A stretch of 52,909 bases of DNA, from positions 1-52,909 of the forward strand of contig JAQGLF010000010.1 of the NCBI GenBank assembly GCA_028293025.1. Reading direction: 5' to 3'. The notes beneath the pieces were generated by a model. That model made no database searches. It saw only the letters and a list, made by a program, of their open reading frames with translations, and was not told the origin of the DNA. Position numbers and translations under genes: made by a program. Source of the stretch: Alphaproteobacteria bacterium. GTDB lineage: Bacteria > Pseudomonadota > Alphaproteobacteria > Sphingomonadales > Sphingomonadaceae. Shown here piece after piece: positions 28,601-36,020 of the stretch (position 1 is its first letter; each line of letters begins with the position of its first letter).

Positions 28601-29981
28601 ATAGTGCCGGTTCCGCCGTGTTCGGTTTGGGGGCCACCGTAATGCTTTGGAGATTGACGCGGCCGGTCCACACGACGTCGTCATAGACGTAGGTCGCCTT
28701 GTTTCCTTGCGGGTAGGTGACGGTCCTCACCGTCCTGACGTCCTGTCCCGGGGTTGCCGTCTCCCCGTACGGCGCACGGAATTCGTATATCGTATTCCGC
28801 GCCAGTTCATCGGTGATTGTGCTGGCGTTCCTCACCGTCTGCGTCAAATCCGGTGCTATCCTGGTGACGGCATCGCTCAGGCAAGATGTCTGTATTCTCC
28901 CCTGCCCATCCATTACCGAGATGGTGGTGGTCGTGTGGCTGTAGTTCCAGACGCTCGTCGGCGTCTGCACCCTCCAGATCTTCGCCGCCTCGTAACAGGG
29001 CGGCCCGCCGTAGACGCCGCCTTCGAGACCGGAGGGCTGTTGAGGAGCAAATGGCGCTCGGCTCGTATATGTCCTGGTGATGCCTGTGCCGCTCCGGACC
29101 TGGGACGACCATTCGTAGATGGCCTGGCCATTCACGGAACCGACCTGCGGGCCGCGCACGGACCAACCGGAAAAGACGCTCCGCAGGCTAGAGGTGGTCG
29201 CGGTCTTGCCGGAAGCGTCGGAGCCCCAGCTGATCGAAGGCCAGGCGGTGCCGTTTGACGGACAGCTCGCTGTCAGCGGATCGCAATATTGATAGCGGCG
29301 ATTGAGGAGGACAATCCTGGCGAGGGCGGCGCTCGTGCCGCTGCCGCTCCACTCAAACTGCATCTGATAGCCGGCGCTGCTGACGATCGACCGTAGGACC
29401 CCCGTCAAATTGCCGTCGTTTGGGGGCGACGAGTAATTATACTTCAGTACCTCACCATCAGCGCGGGTAATCGAGTTTAAATAGTAGTCGGGGTAATCGG
29501 TGTTCGCGTAGCCAAGGTAAGTGGTGGGCGTGAAATTCCATTTCGCACCGGATCTGTCATAGAGGGCGTAGCCGTTCTGATTTGATGCCAACGAACCATC
29601 GGTCAGCCGGGCGCCCATTGAGCGGTTCGTTTCGATCCGGCCCGCAAGGTAGAATTCGTCGTAAAAAGACGGATAGCTGCCCCGCATGCGATGGAAGGCT
29701 CGATTCGGGGTGCCGCCGAGACCCGCGCTGCCATCGCTGACTTCCAGCGTCGGGGCGTCTGGGGCGCCGATCGAGATAGCGCTGTCGGCGCCGACGCGTC
29801 CTCCGTTTAACAGGTCGATGCCGACCCCGTCCGGCAGGACCGTCTGGGGAAGAGGCGGCGCGTTGCTTGCCGTCTGCGCGTTAGTCTGGGCTCCGCTTGC
29901 AGCCAGGATGAGGAGCAGCACCGCAGAAAGCGGGCGAATAACGCGGATGAGCGATGCCTCGCTCGCGTTAGTGCGCGTCAT
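25656..29981 (-). CDS. RHS/YD-repeat polymorphic toxin with N-terminal signal peptide
   Basis: Many YDxxGRL repeats. Core motifs HTDHQGS, FGYTGQ, YYKARIYSPTLGRFLQTDP and NLYAYVGNDPVGHNDPSG, then a 184-aa C-terminal domain. ATG 29981 overlaps the upstream stop (ATGA). Confidence 0.93.
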   Translation of the reverse strand: MTRTNASEASLIRVIRPLSAVLLLILAASGAQTNAQTASNAPPLPQTVLPDGVGIDLLNGGRVGADSAISIGAPDAPTLEVSDGSAGLGGTPNRAFHRMRGSYPSFYDEFYLAGRIETNRSMGARLTDGSLASNQNGYALYDRSGAKWNFTPTTYLGYANTDYPDYYLNSITRADGEVLKYNYSSPPNDGNLTGVLRSIVSSAGYQMQFEWSGSGTSAALARIVLLNRRYQYCDPLTASCPSNGTAWPSISWGSDASGKTATTSSLRSVFSGWSVRGPQVGSVNGQAIYEWSSQVRSGTGITRTYTSRAPFAPQQPSGLEGGVYGGPPCYEAAKIWRVQTPTSVWNYSHTTTTISVMDGQGRIQTSCLSDAVTRIAPDLTQTVRNASTITDELARNTIYEFRAPYGETATPGQDVRTVRTVTYPQGNKATYVYDDVVWTGRVNLQSITVAPKPNTAEPALSWTRSYPASCTGPESTFCNKPAYEVDPKGNRTDYTYDPVHGGVLTKTLPPDPAGIRPQIRYTYQQLSAKVLNPTGQLVNETSIWKLVSTSTCRTQAICAGTADEVVTSYTYDDNLLVATETVRAGDNSISATTTEAHDAVGNLVTIDGPLPGPGDTTRYVYDGLRRLVATVGPDPDGAGPLPVAAIRMTYNADNQPTLAETGHAVDQSDAALAEMMVDRQISTTYDSEGRKATETLIAGGAAQSLTQFSYDPVGRLQCTAVRMNPTAYGSLPASACAVGAQGAYGPDRITRNVYDAAGQLTTVQRAYATSLQQNYASYGYSLNGKQTSVTDANGNLAAMGYDGLDRQTSWTFPSATTAGQVNAADYEQYGFDLNGNRASLRKRDGTTISYAYDGLDRMTQKNVPTSATGAASYSVFYGYDLRGLQTFARFGSNIGPGVINGYDTLGRLVSSATTMDGTARTIGSQYDAVGNRTQLLGDGGYWGYAASFSYDAADRMTAYLGVVSIGYDAQGRRSSLSMGPGYTTSTASYGYDGAGRVASVTHDLAGTGGDQSLTFSYSPASQIVSRASSNDAYASNSAYNVSRAYSVNGLNQYTAAGPSAFTYDANGNLTSDAATSYVYDAENRLVSASGAKSASLGYDPLGRLWQVSGPNGATRFLYDGDRLILEYDGIGNPLRSYVHGPAADDVLEWYEASAGWTRRHLHTDHQGSIISVADDNGNLIAINGYDAWGIPNSTNLGRFGYTGQAWLPELGMWYYKARIYSPTLGRFLQTDPVGYKDQVNLYAYVGNDPVGHNDPSGEDAYLVARRLSSSLGSLGIGHSFVVSNARYLGDPHATIHSFGPMSNNHTGDISDPRRASSGAAYTSRDDRAAWERLRKGSNSNVVRIKAPDAVVDAVAHAVREDRPYSYVPSAADHSLGPEGEWRSTPADNSNSAAFGVADKANAIEGAGPVDRGKFTLILPGADASQKISFRCTKELRANHGC

Positions 29982-30595
29982 TGGCAAATATCCCTTGGCA
30001 CATCGACGGTGAGCGTCGCAGTTGCGGTCGCGCCCGCGGCATTCTGCACGGTGTAAGTGGTGGCAAACGTTCCGACCTGCCCGCCGTTTGTGTAGCGGAT
30101 CGTGCTCGGGGACAGGATCGAAAAGCCGGAGTCGCCACTCACGAAGATCACTGCCAGCGGGTAATTGCCGTTTGTGTCCGTATCATTTGCGGTGACGTTG
30201 AAATCCCTGGCTTGGCAGCGCTGCCCGGTTCCCGTGTCCGCAACGGCTGTTAACCCACCTCCGGGCGGCGGGGGAGGGGGATGGGGAGGCGGCGGCGGCG
30301 GCGGCGGGGGAGGCGGGGGAGGCGGGGGAGGCGGAGGCGGGGGCGGCGGAGCCGGAGGCGGAGGCGGCGTGCCGCCACCTGCGCCCGTCACGCTGTAGTT
30401 GGAGCGGTTGCCCGCCGCGTCGTAGGCGATGCTTGTCGCCAGGCTGCTATTAACTGTCCCGCTGCTCGTCGTTGCGACGAGACGTCCAAGCGCGTCGTAG
30501 GTGTAGGTCGTCGTCTCGCTTGCCAGTGCCGCTGTCGCCAGCACGCAAGAAGATGACGCCAGGAATAGCCTGGCGGTCATGGTTTTACTGCGCAT
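29978..30595 (-). CDS. Small secreted protein: YD-repeat hairpin, polyproline linker, Ig/cadherin-like (Big_9-type) domain
   Basis: Signal peptide ending ALA-S; ETTTYTYDALGRL...YDAAGNRS; 33 Pro in 35 residues; AVAD...NVTANDTD...TYTVQNAAGATATATLTV. Confidence 0.8.
   Translation of the reverse strand: MRSKTMTARLFLASSSCVLATAALASETTTYTYDALGRLVATTSSGTVNSSLATSIAYDAAGNRSNYSVTGAGGGTPPPPPAPPPPPPPPPPPPPPPPPPPPPPHPPPPPPGGGLTAVADTGTGQRCQARDFNVTANDTDTNGNYPLAVIFVSGDSGFSILSPSTIRYTNGGQVGTFATTYTVQNAAGATATATLTVDVPRDICQ
30263..30367 (-). repeat. Polyproline-encoding (CCN)n low-complexity tract
   Basis: 35 codons, 33 of them Pro, using mixed CCG/CCC/CCT codons. Confidence 0.9.
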
Positions 30596-30835
30596 CGCAA
30601 GCCCCTCTTGCTGCTGAGACGTAACGAACACAAGAGTCGCGCACGTGTCAAGACCGCTAAAGATATTTTATAACAGTTGACGATTATTTGGTTGGTCCTC
30701 GCGATGGATACGGCCGTCTTCGTCTCTCAAATATTTGAGACCCAGAGTGCACCCAAAAGTTCGGGGTTAAGAACCTCTGCGCTCCTTCGCTTCTCTCGAA
30801 GCCCACTCAGAACGTCGCAAATGGGCTAATAACTT

Positions 30836-31133
30836 ATGATTAGGGGAGAGGAAGATTGTGCTGGCGCGGCTCGACAGCCGTTCGAGGTACGCCCGGATCG
30901 AGATTACTCCGGTACGATGGTGAGCGGCGTCTCCGCCGCCGGCGCCAGCCTCACCCGTAGCTTTTTCAACGGCGCAAATTTCGCAGACGTCGTACTACGA
31001 GACTCTGATCCAGCAATACGGAACTCACCGAGATCCAGGCGACGACCGCACGTTCACCGGGTGCAATTTGCACGGGTCGCTCTGTTTACAAGAAATTCAG
31101 CTGAATTGCTTCAAATCGCACTACGCCTTGTAA
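30836..31133 (+). pseudogene. Frameshifted pentapeptide-repeat protein remnant
   Basis: ASLTRSFFNGANFADVVLRDSD continues in another frame as SNTELTEIQAT and in a third as TFTGCNLHGS. Confidence 0.55.
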
Positions 31134-31182
31134 GCGCTTGAATGGCCCAAGCCGGACATCCGGGCGCAATAGCGGAGCGGCC

Positions 31183-31566
31183 CTATCGAGTGGGTACTGT
31201 AGCCCCGGAGTAAGGATCGGAATCAAGCGAGGGAGGCTGAGGAGGCAATCTGGGGATAACAATGGAAGTCGAAGTTTGCGCCGTCTGCAGGGGTGCATAC
31301 AACGCTGCCGGCTCTGTTGTCGATCGGATCCCGGCCACTATGGACGAGACACCAAAGACGATGAAGCACCCCACAATTACACTGGCACCGCGGCGCCAAT
31401 TGGTTCTCCCGGTCAGCATTCCGTAGCCGACGGAAGCCACCGCTATGATAGCGACCGTCGTAGCGATCGTTCCAAGTACACCACCCTGTAGCCAATCGAC
31501 GGCGGCTACGATGGCGTTCGAGCCTGTCGGGTCAGATAAGTCGTTCACAACGAATGGCTGTATCAT
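31183..31566 (-). CDS. TrbC/VirB2-family pilin-like protein with Pro-rich C-terminal tail
   Basis: WLQGGVLGTIATTVAIIAVASVGYGMLTGR...VIVGCFIVFGVSSIV two-helix VirB2 signature; tail ends DPYSGATVPTR. Confidence 0.8.
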   Translation of the reverse strand: MIQPFVVNDLSDPTGSNAIVAAVDWLQGGVLGTIATTVAIIAVASVGYGMLTGRTNWRRGASVIVGCFIVFGVSSIVAGIRSTTEPAALYAPLQTAQTSTSIVIPRLPPQPPSLDSDPYSGATVPTR

Positions 31567-31860
31567 CTGCCGCCGTCGCCCCCAAGCCCAACAAGAACCG
31601 TGACGTTTCCGGGCAGCACGAACTGACTGGCGATTGCGGGACGAATCGCGGCTCTGTAGGCTCCGAAGGGAAGGTGCTAGTTGTTTTCGGATCCTACAGT
31701 GCGCGCCAGTCGCAACGCCGATCCGCCGGCGCGCCTGTCACTTCAAGATCCGTTCGATTTGGCATTTGTGCATTTTCTATAGTATCGCGAAGTATGTACC
31801 AACCGGCCAACGCAATAAGAGAATAAATGTCGTTGAATAGTGGAATGCGGAGAAAGCGCT

Positions 31861-32463
31861 ATGGTAACGGGGTTTGATTTGTTTCTGCAGAGAGGTTACT
31901 ATATCGCTCAGATCGTTTTGGCGGGAATAGCATTGGCTGCGGCTTGGCTCGCCTACCTACACGTTCGCACATTTAAGCTCTTTGAAATCCTGAAATATAT
32001 CGAAAATGATCCGATCAGAGACGCTAGACGTATCGTGATTCAAAAAATAGAAGGGCAAGGGACAGCCGAATGGTGGCTCGAAACGAACTCAAAGTTAGAG
32101 GCGGCAGCTTCAAAGGTATGTAGTACATATGACGTAGTTGGTCTCCTAGTGGAATTTGAGACCATCAAGCTTGTGATGATTAGACCGAGATACTGGGGCT
32201 TGTTTGAAAAGTATTGGGCCGTTAGTATATATAGAACGCACGAAGCTCTTAGGTCGTTCTTGGCTCATCGCCGGTTAACCGCGCCGAATGCGTACGAGGG
32301 CTATACCCGGTTAGCGCAGTTAGTTAAGCCGTATGTTCCCGCTCCGACAATTGAAATCATAGCGAAGGCAAATTCCGCGCAGAGGCCACGTCCCACCGAC
32401 GATGTGCCAAGATTCTTAGAGGGCGCCGGCACTAAGCTGGCGCCGACCCCGCGACCGGATTAG
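31861..32463 (+). CDS. Hypothetical membrane-anchored protein (DUF4760-like)
   Basis: N-terminal TM helix, IRDARRIV and VCSTYDVVGLLVE motifs, AT-rich codons. Confidence 0.5.
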   Translation: MVTGFDLFLQRGYYIAQIVLAGIALAAAWLAYLHVRTFKLFEILKYIENDPIRDARRIVIQKIEGQGTAEWWLETNSKLEAAASKVCSTYDVVGLLVEFETIKLVMIRPRYWGLFEKYWAVSIYRTHEALRSFLAHRRLTAPNAYEGYTRLAQLVKPYVPAPTIEIIAKANSAQRPRPTDDVPRFLEGAGTKLAPTPRPD

Positions 32464-32501
32464 TTAGAGGCTGGGCTCGCTCGTCAATCAGGGGGCGCTT
32501 C

Positions 32502-32861
32502 ATGCGCAGGATAGCATTGCTTCTCGCACTGGTCGGCGCGGCCACGGCGGCAGCGTCGCAGCAGGTCGACAGCGGCGATTCCACCTTCGTAGACGGAATA
32601 TTGGTGACGAGCTCAGATGTGACCACCTGCCCCTATCATTTCGTTCAGCCGGTGAGCGTAAGCGTAACGACGGACTGGGGCGGCAACGGCCGGTCAGTGA
32701 TTTTCGAGAAGCTTCGCAACCAGGCGCGAAAGATCGGCGCCGATGCGGTCGTGCTGGTTTCCAAGGGTGGCAAACACATGACCGCCTGGGCGTGGACTCG
32801 CCGTGAATACAATGGGGGGGCCATCCGCTACGTCGATCGTCGTTGCGCCCCGAGCCGCTAG
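32502..32861 (+). CDS. Secreted YbjQ/RcsF-like small protein
   Basis: Signal peptide, EKLRNQARKIGADAVV motif, two cysteines. Confidence 0.6.
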   Translation: MRRIALLLALVGAATAAASQQVDSGDSTFVDGILVTSSDVTTCPYHFVQPVSVSVTTDWGGNGRSVIFEKLRNQARKIGADAVVLVSKGGKHMTAWAWTRREYNGGAIRYVDRRCAPSR

Positions 32862-33168
32862 CGGCGACGTATCATGATCTTTCCCAAAATGGTGAGGCTG
32901 CCAGCGACCGTGGGAGTCCAGCAGGATCGGTCAGTTAAGCAGGTATTTCTTGCTCTTGGTCGAACAGGACAGCGGAGCCGGTCACCTCGATGTGCGCTGA
33001 CTGACGTTATATAAAAAGCGGTTCGAGTCTCTCCGCACCCCGTGCTTCGGGTTCGTCGGGTGGCTACTTTCGTAGTTAGGGTGACTTGGGAAAACGGGAC
33101 CGTTCTTTTGCGCATCATTGAGGCCCTCAAGCGCGATCGTCGGGACTTCGGCCATGCCCATCGACTCC

Positions 33169-33392
33169 GGCCTGTTATTTGTTGTTATCGCCCCTGATAA
33201 GGCCACGAGCATCCCTGTTATGACGGCTAAAATTGCCTGTTCCGGCGAAGAACAGGAAAGTGGATTTTGACCGCGCTAGAGTACTGTGAATGCGCAGTTT
33301 TCTGCGCAGGGGCGGCCCCGATGTTGCGCGATTGGCCTGTTTTGAGCGGCGAATTTGCGAAAATTCCCTGTTAATTGCCTGCTAGCAGGGAA
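33169..33392. repeat. Helically phased CCTG(T/A/C)T box array next to the tRNA
   Basis: CCTG cores at 33171, 33193, 33214, 33236, 33336, 33367 and 33378; inverted copies at 33251 and 33385. Confidence 0.65.
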
Positions 33393-33555
33393 ACTCACCC
33401 GTGCATCGGACAGCCAGAGACCGCGGCCATATCCTAGGCATATTTAGGCCTCTGATCTCCGCAAAGACCGCCCGGCAGATTGGATTGGGGCGGAATAGCG
33501 CCGCAAGTTCCGCACGCTGCAGGACGGGCCCTGTTAGGAGACAGATTCTGGGGGT

Positions 33556-33648
<93 letters not shown>

Positions 33649-33799
33649 GCATCTCGCGAAATCGCCCCGGCGCGAAGGCGGGGCGGGTCGACAGGCGCGG
33701 GGCCTTAGCTCAAGCCTTCGCCCTTGCCAAGCACGTCCCGAGCGACGACGAGGGGTCGGCTCGCTTGCCTCACCCCGTTCAATGCCTACATAGGAGGCG

Positions 33800-34183
33800 A
33801 TGATCGACCGACCGGAGACCTTCGCCAGCGATGTCGCCGCGGCTTTGCTGGCGCCGGCGGTCGCCCACGCCCGCTTTACCATCGGCGACGTGGTCCGCCA
33901 CCGCCTGTTCGATTTCCGCGGCGTGATCTTCGACGTCGATCCGGTCTTCGCCAATAGCGAGGAATGGTACGACGCGATCCCCGCCGAGATCAGGCCGGAC
34001 AAGGACCAGCCTTTCTATCACCTCCTCGCCGAGAACGGGGAATCCTCCTTCGTCGCTTATGTCAGCCAGCAGAATCTGCTGGCCGACGACAGCGAGGAGC
34101 CGGTCGACCATCCCGCCATTTCCGGCCTGTTCGACGCCTTTGCCGACGGCCGTTACCGGCTGAAGCGGGAGCACCGCCACTGA
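33800..34183 (+). CDS. hspQ: Heat shock protein HspQ (YccV-like)
   Basis: ARFTIGDVVRHRLFDFRGVIFDVDP, QPFYHLLAEN and AYVSQQNL motifs; AGGAGG RBS. Confidence 0.92.
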   Translation: MIDRPETFASDVAAALLAPAVAHARFTIGDVVRHRLFDFRGVIFDVDPVFANSEEWYDAIPAEIRPDKDQPFYHLLAENGESSFVAYVSQQNLLADDSEEPVDHPAISGLFDAFADGRYRLKREHRH

Positions 34184-34193
34184 CGGCGCAAGC

Positions 34194-34280
34194 CGTCACC
34201 CCAGCGAAGGCTGGGGTCCCGGCGGGCGAAAAGCGCGGTTTTGTTCACCCACTGGGATGCCAGCCTCCGCTGGCATGACG
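34194..34280. repeat. Paired CGTC-type REP-like palindromes
   Basis: CGTCACCCCAGCGAAGGCTGGGGTCCC ... GGGATGCCAGCCTCCGCTGGCATGACG in inverted orientation. Confidence 0.75.
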
Positions 34281-34389
34281 AGGGAAGTTGACAGCCGGGC
34301 CCTCTCTTTGTAGCAGCCCGGTTCCCGCGCAGGGGTTCGGCTGCGGCCGATGTTTTGCGCGGGCAGCATCAGTTTTTTTGGGAAGAGCC

Positions 34390-34992
34390 ATGTTCGCAGT
34401 CGTGCGCACGGGCGGCAAGCAATATCGCGTCGCCCCGGGAGACAAGATCGTCGTCGAGAAGCTGGCAGGCGCTGCCGGCGACACCATCTCGCTGGGCGAC
34501 ATCCTGCTCGCCGGCGACGGCGGCGAGCTCCGCTCGACCGACGGTCTCATCGTCTCGGCCGAGATCATCGCCCAGGCCAAGGCCGACAAGGTGATCGTCT
34601 TCAAGAAGCGCCGCCGGCACAATTACCGGCGCAAGAAAGGCCATCGCCAGCAGCACACGATCTTGCGCATCCTCGGCATCGGCGATCGGCAGGCCGAGAA
34701 GCCGGCGAAGAAGGCCAAGCCAGCCGCCGCACCGGCCGAGGCCGACGCCTTCCCGACGCACGTCAACGATCAGATCACCGAAATCGTCGCCGAGACCGCA
34801 CCGGCGAAGAAGCCGCGGGCGAAGAAGGCTCCGGAAGCTTCCGAGCCTCCTGCGGCCGCCGAGCCCCAGGCGCAGGCGCCGCTCAAGGTCGAAGGCGCCG
34901 CGAGCGAGATGACCGACAGCCCGGCCCCAACGAGCCCGGCTCCGAAGAAAAAAGCTTCCCCGAAGAAGCCGGCGGCTGATAAGAACGCGTAA
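34390..34992 (+). CDS. rplU: 50S ribosomal protein L21 with C-terminal low-complexity extension
   Basis: [14 protein letters not shown]...[17 protein letters not shown]. Confidence 0.96.
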   Translation: MFAVVRTGGKQYRVAPGDKIVVEKLAGAAGDTISLGDILLAGDGGELRSTDGLIVSAEIIAQAKADKVIVFKKRRRHNYRRKKGHRQQHTILRILGIGDRQAEKPAKKAKPAAAPAEADAFPTHVNDQITEIVAETAPAKKPRAKKAPEASEPPAAAEPQAQAPLKVEGAASEMTDSPAPTSPAPKKKASPKKPAADKNA

Positions 34993-35017
34993 ACCACAAG
35001 CAGGTTAGAGCTTAGTC

Positions 35018-35290
35018 ATGGCACACAAGAAAGCAGGCGGATCCTCACGCAACGGTCGCGACAGCGCGGGCCGTCGGCTGGGCGTCAAGAAATTCGGCGG
35101 CGAAGCCGTGCTCGCCGGCAACATCATCGTCCGTCAGCGCGGGACCAAATGGTATCCCGGCGCCGGCGTCGGCATGGGCAAGGACCATACCCTCTTTGCG
35201 CTTACCGACGGCCGGGTCTCGTTCCGCGACGGGAAGCTCGGCCGAAAATTCGCCTGCGTAGAGATGATCGCGAGCGACGCGGCGGAATAG
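35018..35290 (+). CDS. rpmA: 50S ribosomal protein L27
   Basis: [24 protein letters not shown]...GKDHTLFAL. Confidence 0.97.
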   Translation: MAHKKAGGSSRNGRDSAGRRLGVKKFGGEAVLAGNIIVRQRGTKWYPGAGVGMGKDHTLFALTDGRVSFRDGKLGRKFACVEMIASDAAE

Positions 35291-35354
35291 GGACGACCGA
35301 TCAAGGGTCGTCCCGGAGGACGGCCCCCCAAGGTACTCGGCAGAGAACCGTTTC

Positions 35355-35390
35355 GAGGGAGAGGGGCCCACCCCTCTCCCTTTTTATTTC
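35355..35390 (+). terminator. Rho-independent terminator after rplU-rpmA
   Basis: GGGAGAGGGG-ccca-CCCCTCTCCC stem followed by TTTTTATTT. Confidence 0.8.
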
Positions 35391-35459
35391 TCCCTCGAAA
35401 TTGTCGCCGGCCTGAAACCCTCGCGGGTTAGGCGGCGCCGAAGGCGGAGGAGCGAGACG

Positions 35460-36014
35460 ATGTTCGCGAGGACCGAAAGATTGCTGCTGCGGCCCGGCTG
35501 GATCGAGGACGCGCCCGCCCTTCACCGCGCAATCGCCGAGGAAGCGGTGGTCCGCAACCTCGCCACCGCGCCCTGGCCCTACCGCATGGAGCATGCCGAA
35601 GCGTTCCTGGCGGCCGAGCGGCGCCCGCGCGACGTCAGCCTGCTCGTCTTCCGCCGCACAAGCGGGGCGCCGGAGCTGATCGGCACTGCGGGCCTCGGCC
35701 GGCGGCCCGACGGCCCGATCGAGCTCGGCTATTGGATCGGCCGGCGCTGGTGGAATCGCGGCTATGCGACCGAGGCGGCGCGCGCCGTCGTCGCCATCGC
35801 GCGGGGCAGCCTGCGTCTGCCAAGGCTGCGTGCCGGCCATTTCCTCGACAATCCGGCCTCGGGGCGAGTGCTGGAGAAGGTCGGCTTCCGTCCCACCGGC
35901 CTCGTCGCCCCCCGCTTCAGCGCCGGGCGCGGCGAAGCGGCGCCGTGCCGGCTCTTCGAGCTGGAGCTGGCGGAGGAAGGCTGTCCGGCGGCAATGGCGG
36001 CGATCGCGGCGTGA
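35460..36014 (+). CDS. GNAT N-acetyltransferase (RimJ/RimL family)
   Basis: TERLLLRP, ELGYWI, WNRGYATEA and NPASGRVLEKVGF motifs. Confidence 0.9.
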   Translation: MFARTERLLLRPGWIEDAPALHRAIAEEAVVRNLATAPWPYRMEHAEAFLAAERRPRDVSLLVFRRTSGAPELIGTAGLGRRPDGPIELGYWIGRRWWNRGYATEAARAVVAIARGSLRLPRLRAGHFLDNPASGRVLEKVGFRPTGLVAPRFSAGRGEAAPCRLFELELAEEGCPAAMAAIAA

Positions 36015-36020
36015 ACGCGC

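Noticed and set aside
25656-29981. T6SS-delivered RHS effector
   Set aside because: No PAAR, VgrG or EagR/DUF1795 chaperone; the N-terminus looks like a Sec signal peptide.
29981-30556. Poly-Gly and poly-Arg ORFs on the plus strand
   Set aside because: Antisense readings of the polyproline tract.
31183-31566. Conjugative element/ICE
   Set aside because: No relaxase, coupling protein, VirB4 or integrase in the window.
33018-33040. GGTTCGAGTCTCTCCGC, T-arm-like sequence
   Set aside because: No acceptor, D or anticodon arms could be folded around it; not called as a tRNA.
33169-33392. CRISPR array interpretation of the periodic boxes
   Set aside because: The repeats are only about 6-8 bp with a 21-22 bp period, and there are no cas genes.
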